DNA of 64,000 bases from a virus (Duplodnaviria > Caudoviricetes), in IMG/VR virus record IMGVR_UViG_3300020336_000481, positions 32,001 to 96,000 of that record. One strand, 5' to 3'. The translations under genes were made by a program, and so were the position numbers. Below the pieces are notes generated by a model. It searched no databases. It was not told the origin of the DNA and saw nothing but the letters and a program-made list of their open reading frames with translations. This document shows positions 48,801 to 58,176 of this stretch, in pieces. Each line of letters begins with the position of its first letter. The stretch's first letter is position 1.

Positions 48801-51800
48801 TTATAAGTTACAACTTTCCAAATCTAACACATGACAGTGCCAAGTGTGAAAGAGACTTAGGTTACATTCTAGATGCAGCAAGATATGATTGGATGTTAGG
48901 AACTAATTTTGCCGGCATAGTAACTGCTTACAGTTATTTAAGAACTTCTGCTAATAAAGTTACAGGCCCGCAAAAAACTGCTACTCTAGCTGGTTTTGAG
49001 TTTGCTAGACAACGTGCTAGAACCAAAGTAGGCGGAAATAGTATAGCACAAGCATATATTGATAGTACTTTTGAAATTGTTAATGATATAATTTTAGGTG
49101 GTAGTAATGAAGCTAACACAAGACAAATTGACGAATTTAATAATTATAGTGCAATTAGACAACTTCAACTTAATGAAGACTTTATTGTCGACGAAGTACA
49201 CGCATACATAACTAACTACTACAAATCAAATGTAACTAATATTACAGGTAGCTCAAATACACTAACAGTGTCAAGCACAGCCTGGATGAAACAAAATATG
49301 ATGATTAAATTTGTTTCTCCAGATGATTCAACAAATACTGTTGTAGATGCAGGGTTGGTTGAAAATCAAATTTATTATGTAAAAGATATTAAAAGCTCAA
49401 CATCACTTACAATAAGCTCAACTATCGGCGGAGCAGAAGTAAGTTTAGTTGATTACGAATTTGACTTTGTAATTACTTTAGGTTACACTTATACTAGATC
49501 TGTTTGTAGCAGAGATATTAAAGAGTATTTGAAAGCAATACGATGGGATTTAAAATATCCAGCAGACTTTAGTAGAGAATATAGAGATACTGTAAATAGT
49601 ACTAATTTTAATTTTATAGTACCTGGAATTTATAAAACTGCACTAGCGGCAAGATATTATGGAAATGCAATAATTGGCTCTCAAGAAGAAGACTTTTATT
49701 ACTTAAGAAATGGTACAGGTATAAGATTACAAACATTAGACGGATTACAAGGCGACCTAGGTCCAGCAAATGCTTATGGAACAAGTCGACCATCAGCAGG
49801 TGCATATGCATCACTTGATCCGGGTTGGGGTCCAGATGACGAACGTGTTTGGATTACAGCAAGATCACCATATGTACAAAACTGTACAACATTTGGTACA
49901 GCGGCAACAGGCCAACGAATTGATGGAGCATTACACAACGGTGGTAATGACTCAATTGTTAGTAACGACTTTACACAAGTTATATCCGATGGTATAGGCG
50001 CACACATTCTTAACAATGGTAGAGCAGAACTTGTGTCAGTGTTTACATATTACTCACACGTAGGTTACCTTGCTGAGAGCGGAGGTAGAGTACGTGCTAC
50101 TAATGGTAATAACTCATACGGTGACTTTGGATCAGTTGCAGAAGGCTTTGATACAAGTGAAACACAGATAACAGGTGTAGTTGATAATAGCAGTCAATAT
50201 AGACCTACAATAAGTCTTGTACAAACAGACGGTGCAGCAGAGATTTTACAAGTAGAATACTCACATGCTGGTAGTGAAGCAACTAGATCAGAAATAAACT
50301 TCTTTGGTCCAGGTACTAACGAATTAGCTAAAGCAGACGAATTTAGAGATGACGGAGTATTCCAAGTTAGATTACTTGACTTAGATGATTCAAGTGGTGA
50401 CATTGGTGGTAGTGGTTATACTATTACTGCTAATACTGCACAGTCAGGAACAACGTCACAAATTATTTTAAGTGCAACAGATTCTGCAAGTTCATCAGAT
50501 TATCCTGGTATGAAAGTTATTATTACAGGCGGAACAGGTGCAGGACAATATGCTATAATTAATACATATAATTCAGGTACAAAGGTTGCTACAGTTAATA
50601 AACAATCAACAGGAACTTCGGGTTGGGAAACAGTTGTTCCAGGTAGAGAGATTGTAGCACCATCTAGTACATCAACATATCAAATTGAACCTGCAATATC
50701 ATTTAATGCTCCAACTAATACAAGTCAAGCAGCAACACTTCAAGCAAGTGATACTTGGAGAAGGGTGCATTATGTAAGAAGTAGTGCAAACTACACAGGC
50801 GTTACAGGAACTACTTCTGGACACACAGGTACAGTTGCAAGTTTTGATATTGATAGGGTTGATAGCAAATATTTTGTAACAATAGAAAACGGTGGAACTG
50901 ACTATACAAGATTAGAAACTGTTGTAGTTCCAGGAACTAGTTTAGGTGGAGCAACACCTGCTAACGATTTAACACTTACAATTACTACAGTAAATGCTGT
51001 TACAGGCGCTATTGTAGATTTTGATTTTGCTGGTAACGGATTAGGCGGCAAATATTTATTATTAGGTGATGACACTATTGCAAACGAAAGTATTGATGGA
51101 GTTACATGGACAGCTAAAACAGTACCAACAACAGGAAGTGGCGGTACTTGGAGAAATGTTGCAAATGGATTCTTAGATGACGGTAGTTCAAGTTTTGAGA
51201 CTACAGCCGCAGTAGCAGTTACTAATGGGTCATTAAATTACATGTACTCAACAAACGGTAATACATGGACAGGTGGAACGTTACCTAGTGGTATAGTTGG
51301 AACTGATACTAAAGATGTAGCGTACGGAGAAGTGATAACAGGTGTAAGTAGATTTGTAATTATTAATCCGCAAACTACAAACGTAATTACTTCAGATGAC
51401 GGAGGAGCAAGTTGGATATTAAGGTCAGGTGCATTACCAAGCACAGGACATGCACATATTACTTACGGCCAAGGACGTTTTGTTGCAGTAAAAGATAATG
51501 CATCAGCGGCTACAGATACATGCTGGAGTACAGATGGTGTTACTTGGACTCAAGGTGCATCACTTCCAACAGGTAACTCCTATAAAGATTTAGCTTATGG
51601 TAATAACTTGTTTATTGCAATAAGTAGCACAAACAATAAAGCAGCAATAAGTAGTGACGGTAAAACTTGGAGAGAAGTTAGTGTTCCAAGTATAGATGGA
51701 TCGTCAACATCTAACTATACAAGTATTGCTTACGGACACGGTGTATTTGTTGCGGCAGCAGATAACAACGCTACTGTACAAGATTATAACAGTGTAGTTT

Positions 51801-53005
51801 ATACCGAAGACGGTATACACTGGTATACACAAGGAGTAACAGTAGGTGGCAATATTCAAGGATTTGGCACAATAGCATTTGGTAATCCAAATAGAGTAGG
51901 TGGATTTGTTGCTATTGACAATGCAGGTTCTACAAATATAGCTACACTTGCAAAAATTGGTGCAAGAGCAAGAGGTAGAGCAAACATTGCTAGTGAAAAG
52001 ATATTTGAAATTAAAATGGAAGAACCAGGTTCGGGATACACAACACCGCCAACTATGACAGTTACAGATCCAAGTAATATTTACGATATTAACTTTACTG
52101 TAAGAACAGGTAAAGGTGTAAGTTCTCAACCAAGTTTTGAACATAGAGGCGCAGGCTTCCTTACTGCTACGGCAACAGTTGATGCAGTAGAGTATAATGG
52201 TGGTGCTGACTTCTTCCAAACAGGAAACTTTATTGCAGCAAGACGTTTAACTAAACGACCAGTTGCAGGGTCAAACGTAGTATTTGATAGTTTACCAAAT
52301 AAAACATTTAAATTAGTTGATGTGATTACGTTCTTAGGTACCAACGATGGATCATACACAGGATTTTTACAAATCAGTCCAAACATGACTGTTACAGATG
52401 CAGTCGTAGACGGTGATCCAATAACAATGCGTATACGTTACTCACAAGTACGTTTAACTGGACATGATTTCTTAGATATTGGTACAGGTAACTTTACTAA
52501 ATCAAACTATCCTGGTGTTCCTACAGTAGCACCAGACCAAACTAAAGAAACACAAGAGTCAAACGGCGGAAGAGTGTTCTTTACTGCAACTGACCAAGAT
52601 GGTAACTTTAGAGTTGGTAATTTGTTTAGTGTTGAACAAGCAACTGGTGTTGCGACATTGAATGCTGATGCATTTAATATTGCAGGTCTACAAGAACTTA
52701 CACTAGGTGAAGTTACACTAGGTGGTAATTCAGCAAGTATTACTGAATTTAGTACAGATCCGTTTTTTACAGCAAACTCGGATACTGTTGTACCAACACA
52801 AAGAGCTGTAAAAGCATATATTGAAGCACAAATTGGTGGAGGTGGTGCTTCACTAAATGTTAATAGTGTAACTGCTGGTGATATATTTGTTGGAAGTAAT
52901 ATTATTACCAACGTAACCAGCGGAGTGATAAATATAAACGCAAGAATGAACTTTATAGGCGGAGTTACAGGCATACCAATTGCTTTTAACTACTTCCTAA
53001 GGTAA
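45896..53005 (+). CDS. Giant appendage protein 2: CBM5/12-like repeats, helical KC.RD repeats, beta-helix, Asp-box propeller
   Basis: Same architecture as 39923 with extra KCERD/KCKQD/VCSRD helical repeats; shared C-terminal GHDFLDIGTGNF...GGRVF.T.TDQ.GNFR.G. Confidence 0.75.
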   Translation: MAEFKLGRIRFVWKNTWSTSTTYYKDDVVSFGGRTYICVIGHNSSADFFTDFNISPPKWNLVSDGTSWKGEWSTGVSYIENDIVQYGARLYICQTNHTSVNDSTLGLENDISAWQLYAEGLDYKGAWTTATRYIVNDVVKYGGTTYVCNTYHTSASTASSGLESDQAKWDYFNQGLEYNGDWTANTRYKVNDIVRYGAALWIVTTQHTSSTSFGSDESNWTQFVRGIQFETEWDVQKNYQPGDIVRYGGNQFIAKTNHSGQNPVTSTTNWSVYSEGIRFLGEWGEDSSSQDYKVGEVVRHGAYTYICTATHNGQEPPNASYWNRLNTGLKWRGIWADDRQYMLGDVVRYLDNSYVCILGHLSEGDDGSSGVGAGAGNSRPDQDTTGTYWNIIAVGSEQSVLTTKGDLVYYSGTAPTRLPVGAEGQVLRVGTSDIPEWAYMGVADDVYHVATHGTDAPAPTHGRTIDKPWASIRYACKQVEEGLKNPNAKSLLELNRPFIQKEIRNWVDYQITNTITPFAGSYVYDTLKCERDMGLIVDALIWDITHGGNVKSRESAIKYVTEPGSFYTLGQSEETVAAINYGLTVISSVLAQTAPSANYQTLNGDNSTAVVTQYFDSTLIAETGVYTEITGLAGIITGAITANSTANIPVRLIRSVLIKVATGKYYETLPILVPAETCVIGDELRSTNVQPRKASNSSLTSRSDAEFSFKALERVESIIGDIVLGSTVSKTTGNTKTQSQLFPFGEAQQSNAAKQLTRIIRRNADHKVGDKVERTLVATASTHDVNYGYARDLLLANKEFIKAEVTGYLTTNYSTLKYSKTKCKQDVGYIIDSLVYDLSYQGTWQSITAGLAYYAGTSGSLQINSTEKAATLQAYVFMRSLLQTIAQNVTVNPTQQSAITQINGTAGNTAAAAQINTLMTIVIDIINLGTASAPSITYPDISGVASALTTASTTLSSNYTTLKSEMVAFISYNFPNLTHDSAKCERDLGYILDAARYDWMLGTNFAGIVTAYSYLRTSANKVTGPQKTATLAGFEFARQRARTKVGGNSIAQAYIDSTFEIVNDIILGGSNEANTRQIDEFNNYSAIRQLQLNEDFIVDEVHAYITNYYKSNVTNITGSSNTLTVSSTAWMKQNMMIKFVSPDDSTNTVVDAGLVENQIYYVKDIKSSTSLTISSTIGGAEVSLVDYEFDFVITLGYTYTRSVCSRDIKEYLKAIRWDLKYPADFSREYRDTVNSTNFNFIVPGIYKTALAARYYGNAIIGSQEEDFYYLRNGTGIRLQTLDGLQGDLGPANAYGTSRPSAGAYASLDPGWGPDDERVWITARSPYVQNCTTFGTAATGQRIDGALHNGGNDSIVSNDFTQVISDGIGAHILNNGRAELVSVFTYYSHVGYLAESGGRVRATNGNNSYGDFGSVAEGFDTSETQITGVVDNSSQYRPTISLVQTDGAAEILQVEYSHAGSEATRSEINFFGPGTNELAKADEFRDDGVFQVRLLDLDDSSGDIGGSGYTITANTAQSGTTSQIILSATDSASSSDYPGMKVIITGGTGAGQYAIINTYNSGTKVATVNKQSTGTSGWETVVPGREIVAPSSTSTYQIEPAISFNAPTNTSQAATLQASDTWRRVHYVRSSANYTGVTGTTSGHTGTVASFDIDRVDSKYFVTIENGGTDYTRLETVVVPGTSLGGATPANDLTLTITTVNAVTGAIVDFDFAGNGLGGKYLLLGDDTIANESIDGVTWTAKTVPTTGSGGTWRNVANGFLDDGSSSFETTAAVAVTNGSLNYMYSTNGNTWTGGTLPSGIVGTDTKDVAYGEVITGVSRFVIINPQTTNVITSDDGGASWILRSGALPSTGHAHITYGQGRFVAVKDNASAATDTCWSTDGVTWTQGASLPTGNSYKDLAYGNNLFIAISSTNNKAAISSDGKTWREVSVPSIDGSSTSNYTSIAYGHGVFVAAADNNATVQDYNSVVYTEDGIHWYTQGVTVGGNIQGFGTIAFGNPNRVGGFVAIDNAGSTNIATLAKIGARARGRANIASEKIFEIKMEEPGSGYTTPPTMTVTDPSNIYDINFTVRTGKGVSSQPSFEHRGAGFLTATATVDAVEYNGGADFFQTGNFIAARRLTKRPVAGSNVVFDSLPNKTFKLVDVITFLGTNDGSYTGFLQISPNMTVTDAVVDGDPITMRIRYSQVRLTGHDFLDIGTGNFTKSNYPGVPTVAPDQTKETQESNGGRVFFTATDQDGNFRVGNLFSVEQATGVATLNADAFNIAGLQELTLGEVTLGGNSASITEFSTDPFFTANSDTVVPTQRAVKAYIEAQIGGGGASLNVNSVTAGDIFVGSNIITNVTSGVININARMNFIGGVTGIPIAFNYFLR

Positions 53006-53026
53006 AAATAAACGGAGAAAAAAGAA

Positions 53027-53347
53027 ATGGCAAATGGAGTATTAGGAACAGCAGACCTAACAGCTACAACACTTACAACAGTGTATACAGTACCAGCAAA
53101 TACTTTTGCAGTAGTAAGTGTAAATGTTTGTAACCGTAGTTCGGCAGATGTAACAGTAAGAATTGCAACATCAGCAACAGCTACACCCACAAACGCTGAA
53201 TATATAGAATACGATGTGACCTTAGTAGGTAACGGTGCAGTTGAAAGAACTGGCGTTGTGTTACAGACAGGACAAAACGTTGTTGTATACGGATCAACCG
53301 GAGATATTTCAGCACAAGTTTTTGGCTTAGAAACATCAACAGTTTAA
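53027..53347 (+). CDS. Small virion protein (paralog of 29376 and 39210)
   Basis: TTVYTVPA...VNVCNR...IEYDV....ERTGVVL. Confidence 0.65.
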   Translation: MANGVLGTADLTATTLTTVYTVPANTFAVVSVNVCNRSSADVTVRIATSATATPTNAEYIEYDVTLVGNGAVERTGVVLQTGQNVVVYGSTGDISAQVFGLETSTV

Positions 53348-53357
53348 GGAAAATAAA

Positions 53358-54308
53358 ATGGCACGTAAAGTAACAACAGGAATAGTCGGAGCTCCGATAT
53401 TAGGTAACTTAAATGTTAGAGGAAATCTTATTACCACAATTGGTACTAACGCTAATCTAACAATAAATCCAAACGGAAGTGGTACAACATTGTTTAGTGG
53501 GAATGCATCTGTTCAATCTGCTGGTAGTTTAAAACTAAATGACTCAGATAATTCAAACTTTATAGGACTTAAGGCTCCAGGAACTTTAAGTGGCGACTAT
53601 ACACTTACATGGCCTAATGGTTACGGAAGTGCTAACTCATTTTTGCAAACAGATGGCGCAGGAAACTTGACGTGGGGAACTGCAGCAATATCAATTACAA
53701 ATGACACAACAACAAACGCAAATCGTTATGTAACTTTTGTATCAACTGATAGTGGTAGCTTTACAGGAGTAAATGTAACAAGTAGTAAACTTTTATTTAA
53801 TCCATCAACTGGTGCATTAACAATTACTGGACCAATAACAGGTGGAACAGCTGCAAGTGATCAATTAATTTTAAGAAGTACTACTAGTGGATCAAAAGGA
53901 TATGTATACATTGATGAAACTACAGCAAGTTCGAGTACTACATCAGGCGCATTAAGAGTGGGCGGCGGCGTAGGTATTGGCGGAGCATGTTACGTTGGCG
54001 GAGCCTTATCAGCACAAAGTTTAACAGAAACATCAAGTATAGCACTTAAAGAAAACATTAATCCAATTGAGTCAGCTTTAGAAAAGTTGCAACAACTAAC
54101 AGGTGTAACATACGATAGAAAAAACGGTAGTACAAAAAATGAAGCAGGGTTAATTGCTGAACATGTAAATAACGTTTTACCTAATATTGTTACTAAAGAT
54201 ATGCAGGGAAATCCAGAAGGAATTAATTATACAAAATTAACAGCATATTTAGTTGAAGCAGTTAAGACACTCAAGAAGGAATTAGATGATTTAAAAGGGA
54301 GAAAGTAA
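53358..54308 (+). CDS. Tail fibre with C-terminal intramolecular chaperone (peptidase S74-like)
   Basis: TSSIALKENI.PI...L..L.GV.Y...GLIAE.V..VLP..V...INY.KL...LVEAVK.L. Confidence 0.85.
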   Translation: MARKVTTGIVGAPILGNLNVRGNLITTIGTNANLTINPNGSGTTLFSGNASVQSAGSLKLNDSDNSNFIGLKAPGTLSGDYTLTWPNGYGSANSFLQTDGAGNLTWGTAAISITNDTTTNANRYVTFVSTDSGSFTGVNVTSSKLLFNPSTGALTITGPITGGTAASDQLILRSTTSGSKGYVYIDETTASSSTTSGALRVGGGVGIGGACYVGGALSAQSLTETSSIALKENINPIESALEKLQQLTGVTYDRKNGSTKNEAGLIAEHVNNVLPNIVTKDMQGNPEGINYTKLTAYLVEAVKTLKKELDDLKGRK

Positions 54309-54312
54309 TAAA

Positions 54313-55176
54313 ATGGCAACGCTTAAGAATACAGCCATAAGCGGATCATTAACACTCCCATCAGGCACTACCGCACAAAGACCTGTTAATCCACCAAACG
54401 GCGCATTACGTTTTAATACTACCCTTGGATATGCAGAAATATATTTACATGGATTTTGGGGAGACATAGTTTCAGGAACAGATCTTCCAGTAGGTAGAGA
54501 CTGTGTGTGTTGGTTAGATGCAAATGTACCTGAAAGTAATACAGGATCAGGAACAACTTGGTATGATTTATCAGGTAACAATCATCACGGAACATTAAAC
54601 TCTATTACAAGAACAACAAATGGCAGTTTAAGTACAAATAATCAAAATGTAATGCAGTGCAACGCTAGTAGTAGTAGCTACATTAATGTTGTACATGGCG
54701 GACTAGATTTGCGTACAGTTAATACAGGTTATACAGTTATGCATGTTACACGTTATAGCGGTGGATCTAGAGGAAGAACATGGAATGCAGCTTCAAACAA
54801 TTGGCTCTTAGGCCATTGGAGTTCAGGGGCTACAAATCACTACGCAGAAGGATGGGTGTATGGCTCCTCAGGTGGCGGCCAAGTTGTTAATGACGAAAAT
54901 TGGCGATGTTATGCGGCCACTGGTAAAATAGATAGAGATCATTATTCTTTTTGGATAGACGGACAAAGAGTAGCGTTTGAAGATACAGGCGGATCAAATG
55001 GTCCTAACAGTTTTAGATTTGGCACTTATACTAATTTTGGTGAAGTTTCAAATGCTCAAACTGCATTGTTTATGGCTTGGAACAGAGCACTATCAAGTGA
55101 CGAAGTAAAACAAACACAAAATGCAATTCAAACTAGATTTGGACTTACACACAATCAGGTTTACTCTCAAGGATAA
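54313..55176 (+). CDS. Fibre-tip protein with ConA/LamG-like lectin domain
   Basis: LPSGTTAQRP module; WLDA....GSGTTWYDLSGNNHHGTL and WNRALS.DEV.Q motifs. Confidence 0.75.
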   Translation: MATLKNTAISGSLTLPSGTTAQRPVNPPNGALRFNTTLGYAEIYLHGFWGDIVSGTDLPVGRDCVCWLDANVPESNTGSGTTWYDLSGNNHHGTLNSITRTTNGSLSTNNQNVMQCNASSSSYINVVHGGLDLRTVNTGYTVMHVTRYSGGSRGRTWNAASNNWLLGHWSSGATNHYAEGWVYGSSGGGQVVNDENWRCYAATGKIDRDHYSFWIDGQRVAFEDTGGSNGPNSFRFGTYTNFGEVSNAQTALFMAWNRALSSDEVKQTQNAIQTRFGLTHNQVYSQG

Positions 55177-55179
55177 ATA
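55173..55179 (+). promoter_or_regulatory. Late promoter ATAAATA overlapping the stop of the preceding gene
   Basis: ggATAAATAt, upstream of 55203. Confidence 0.6.
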
Positions 55180-55202
55180 TGGTAGTTAGGGAAACAACAT
55201 AA

Positions 55203-57107
55203 ATGGCAAGACTTAATAGCACAACAATTAATGATACAGGTTACCTATCTATCCCTGTAGGAACAGAAGCACAACGAATAGCAACAGTTTCAGGCACTAC
55301 TGTATTTTTTACAAGTGCAGGTAATACTTCTTGGACTGTTCCTGCTAACGTTTACAACGTAGAAGTTTTAGTTGTAGGCGGTGGTGGAGGTGGTGGTTCA
55401 GACATGGGTGGCGGTGGAGGCGGCGGTGGAGTCGTTTATGACGGTACCTATGGCGTTACTCCTGGAGCCTCAATAAGTATTACAGTTGCTAGTGGCGGAT
55501 CAGGTGGTCCAGCAGGAGCTAACCAATCACGTGGTAGTAACGGTGGAAACTCAGTTTTTGGAAATATCACAGCATATGGCGGTGGTGGAGGTGCTAGTAG
55601 ACATTCATCAAACGGAGCACCGGCAAGTGACGGCGCAAGTGGTGGAGGCGGATCAGGCGGTAGAGGTAGCGGTACAACAAGTTACGGCGGTACTCCAGGT
55701 AAAGCAATTTATGACCAAGGTTATGAAGGTTCTCCATCAGGAACTACTTGGTATCCAGGCGGTGGCGGCGGTGCCGGCGGCGTAGGAAGACATTCACCAG
55801 GTGATGGCGGTCAAGGTGTTGTAAATAATATTACAGGATCAGACATATTCTGGGGTGGCGGTGGAGGCGGCTCTGGATATAGTGCTAGAGGCGGCAACGG
55901 CGGTATTGGTGGAGGCGGCGGTGGCGCCGTTCTCACTACATATGGTGGTATTGGTTACAATAATGGAGCCGGAGGTGGTGGCGGTGGTATAAACACTTGG
56001 GCACAAACTCCAGGCGGTGCCGGAGGTGCAAACACTGGTGGCGGTGGAGGTGGTGGAGCACACTACAACTCCAACAACGCTGGTGGTACTGGCGGATCAG
56101 GTATTGTTGTTGTAAAATATAACACAACTTCACAAGATGCTAATCCAGTTACTGGCGGAATACGTATTAATAGCGATAATCAAGAAGTTGAAGTTCTTTC
56201 AGGTACAGGAGATTGGCAAACACTTACAACTCCTTATAAAGCAAGACAAGTTATTACAACATCTTATATGATGGGCGGATATAAAAGTTCAGCTGCATGG
56301 AACAATGTTAATAGGACATCTCATGCAACAGACACTACACAAAATTTAGGTGACGGATCTTTAGAACGTTCATTTAATTATCAATCTGGTGCAACTGGCA
56401 AAGATATTGGTTACGTATTTGGAGCAGGTAATGGTCATGCTATACCTAGTAACTATATTATAGGTTATAACATGCGTACAGAATCTCAATATACAGGTAT
56501 GCAATCAAGAACATTATCAGGTAATAGTTATAATTCAGGAACTATACAAAAAGAATTTTATATGGCTTGGCACTCCGGCGGACAAAGTAGTAATACTGTA
56601 CACAAATATAATTTAATGAATGAAGTTATGGTTACTGAAACTGCTGGATTTTACACAGGCAACACATGGGGAATGTATTGGGAAAATGAAGGATCACTAT
56701 ATTGGGAAAATGATTCACGTTTAATGAATTTTTCAACAGGTGCATGGACATCATGGAGCGGTACACAACCTAGTAATCATCACCAACAAAAATCTTTAAT
56801 GGGGAAATTAAACTTTTGTTGGGCAGGTAATCAAGGTTCTTATAACGGTGGTAATAGCTTCCGTAGAACAAGTTTTGTTACAAGGCAAACTTCTGGTACA
56901 TATAGCAAGCCTCGAGCAAACTGTGGAGAAGAAAATTTTGCATGTGGTCAAGATTGGGGTTACATGATAGGTAATTATGATGGTGCTCAAAACAATGGAT
57001 CATTTAAATGGTATTACTATACGGAAACAGGTGTTAACGGAGGCACAACTATGGAGCCAAAAGGTAAGGCAGGAGCAAGTTCAGGCTTCTGTACATGGAG
57101 AGATTAA
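55203..57107 (+). CDS. Glycine-rich fibre protein with C-terminal Kelch-like propeller
   Basis: WTVPA.V..VEVLVVGGGGGGG...GGSGIVVVKY glycine-rich domain; then YMMGGY / GYVFG / GYMIG repeats. Confidence 0.75.
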   Translation: MARLNSTTINDTGYLSIPVGTEAQRIATVSGTTVFFTSAGNTSWTVPANVYNVEVLVVGGGGGGGSDMGGGGGGGGVVYDGTYGVTPGASISITVASGGSGGPAGANQSRGSNGGNSVFGNITAYGGGGGASRHSSNGAPASDGASGGGGSGGRGSGTTSYGGTPGKAIYDQGYEGSPSGTTWYPGGGGGAGGVGRHSPGDGGQGVVNNITGSDIFWGGGGGGSGYSARGGNGGIGGGGGGAVLTTYGGIGYNNGAGGGGGGINTWAQTPGGAGGANTGGGGGGGAHYNSNNAGGTGGSGIVVVKYNTTSQDANPVTGGIRINSDNQEVEVLSGTGDWQTLTTPYKARQVITTSYMMGGYKSSAAWNNVNRTSHATDTTQNLGDGSLERSFNYQSGATGKDIGYVFGAGNGHAIPSNYIIGYNMRTESQYTGMQSRTLSGNSYNSGTIQKEFYMAWHSGGQSSNTVHKYNLMNEVMVTETAGFYTGNTWGMYWENEGSLYWENDSRLMNFSTGAWTSWSGTQPSNHHQQKSLMGKLNFCWAGNQGSYNGGNSFRRTSFVTRQTSGTYSKPRANCGEENFACGQDWGYMIGNYDGAQNNGSFKWYYYTETGVNGGTTMEPKGKAGASSGFCTWRD

Positions 57108-58133
57108 ATGGCTAATTTAAAAAATACCAATATTAATGATACAGGACATTTAAATTTACCAGCTGGCAATGTTACAGGTAACGGCGTAATTAGATATAGT
57201 GCAACAGAAGGTAAGTTACAAGTTTTTAATACTCAAACTGCAGGCGGAACTTGGGGTGATGCAACTCAACCATATTTAACAAGACAAATTATTACCACAG
57301 GTTATATTCACGGAGGGTATGCTTCGTCAGTTGTTTGGTCAAGAACAAACAAAAGTGAATTTGCTACAGACACAACAATAGATTTAGGTAATACACAGGA
57401 AGGTGCTCATAACTATAAAGCAAGTATGTGGGATAACACTACAAACTATACGTTTGGAGGACTTGCTAACGCTCACTGTGCTTCTAACAACACAGTAACA
57501 GCATATAATATGCGAACTGAAATAAGTTATACATCTGGATACACTAGATCAATGCCTTGGAGTACTAACAATCCTGCATGTTTCCAACATGAACACTATA
57601 GAGGATGGTTTACAGGCGGAGGAAGTGCTGCAACATATGAAATGGATTTTTCTACAGCAACATTATCTAATTTAGGTGTAAATTCAGGTACAAGTGGAGG
57701 TAGTTGGGGTATATCACACGAAAAATATAGCATCTATATGCCTGCTAACCAAGGGTTTATGCATTCAACAAAAAATTATTATTCAAGATCAGGTAGCAAT
57801 CCACAAGGTGATAAACATCAACACTGCGGACAATTTAAACACGCTTACCACATTGGAGGCCGCGAAAGTAATCCAAGTACTAACTGGCGTGAAACCAATA
57901 TGCTTACTGATGTAACAGCAGATACTATTGGAGCAAAACCAGCATACAGCGGTGAAGAAAATTCAATAGTTGGACAAGATTGGTTTTACGGAGTTGGATG
58001 GTATCAAGGATCACACGTTAATACTGCTTTCAAATTTGTATATGCTACTAGACAATCAACTAGTGGATATTCAAGTTTAGCTGCTAAAGGAGTAAACGGG
58101 CAAAGTTCAGCAACGATGTCTTGGAGAGACTAG
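57108..58133 (+). CDS. Kelch-like propeller virion protein (paralog of the 55203 C-terminus)
   Basis: PY..RQ.ITT.Y..GGY, GEEN...GQDW.Y..G.Y.G and terminal WRD shared with 55203. Confidence 0.72.
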   Translation: MANLKNTNINDTGHLNLPAGNVTGNGVIRYSATEGKLQVFNTQTAGGTWGDATQPYLTRQIITTGYIHGGYASSVVWSRTNKSEFATDTTIDLGNTQEGAHNYKASMWDNTTNYTFGGLANAHCASNNTVTAYNMRTEISYTSGYTRSMPWSTNNPACFQHEHYRGWFTGGGSAATYEMDFSTATLSNLGVNSGTSGGSWGISHEKYSIYMPANQGFMHSTKNYYSRSGSNPQGDKHQHCGQFKHAYHIGGRESNPSTNWRETNMLTDVTADTIGAKPAYSGEENSIVGQDWFYGVGWYQGSHVNTAFKFVYATRQSTSGYSSLAAKGVNGQSSATMSWRD

Positions 58134-58138
58134 GTATG

Positions 58139-58145
58139 GTAAATA
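58139..58145 (+). promoter_or_regulatory. Late promoter GTAAATA
   Basis: Upstream of SD AGGAG. Confidence 0.55.
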
Positions 58146-58176
58146 TTTGCACGTTAAAAACTATAGGAGTTAACAC

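Noticed and set aside
55378-56100. GC-rich patch as foreign DNA or a G-quadruplex element
   Set aside because: Fully explained by GGN codons of the glycine-rich domain.
31045-56990. Many 60-175 aa antisense and alternate-frame ORFs in the track
   Set aside because: They shadow long genes with strong codon bias, lack SD or promoter support and give low-complexity Val/Pro/Leu/Ser translations.
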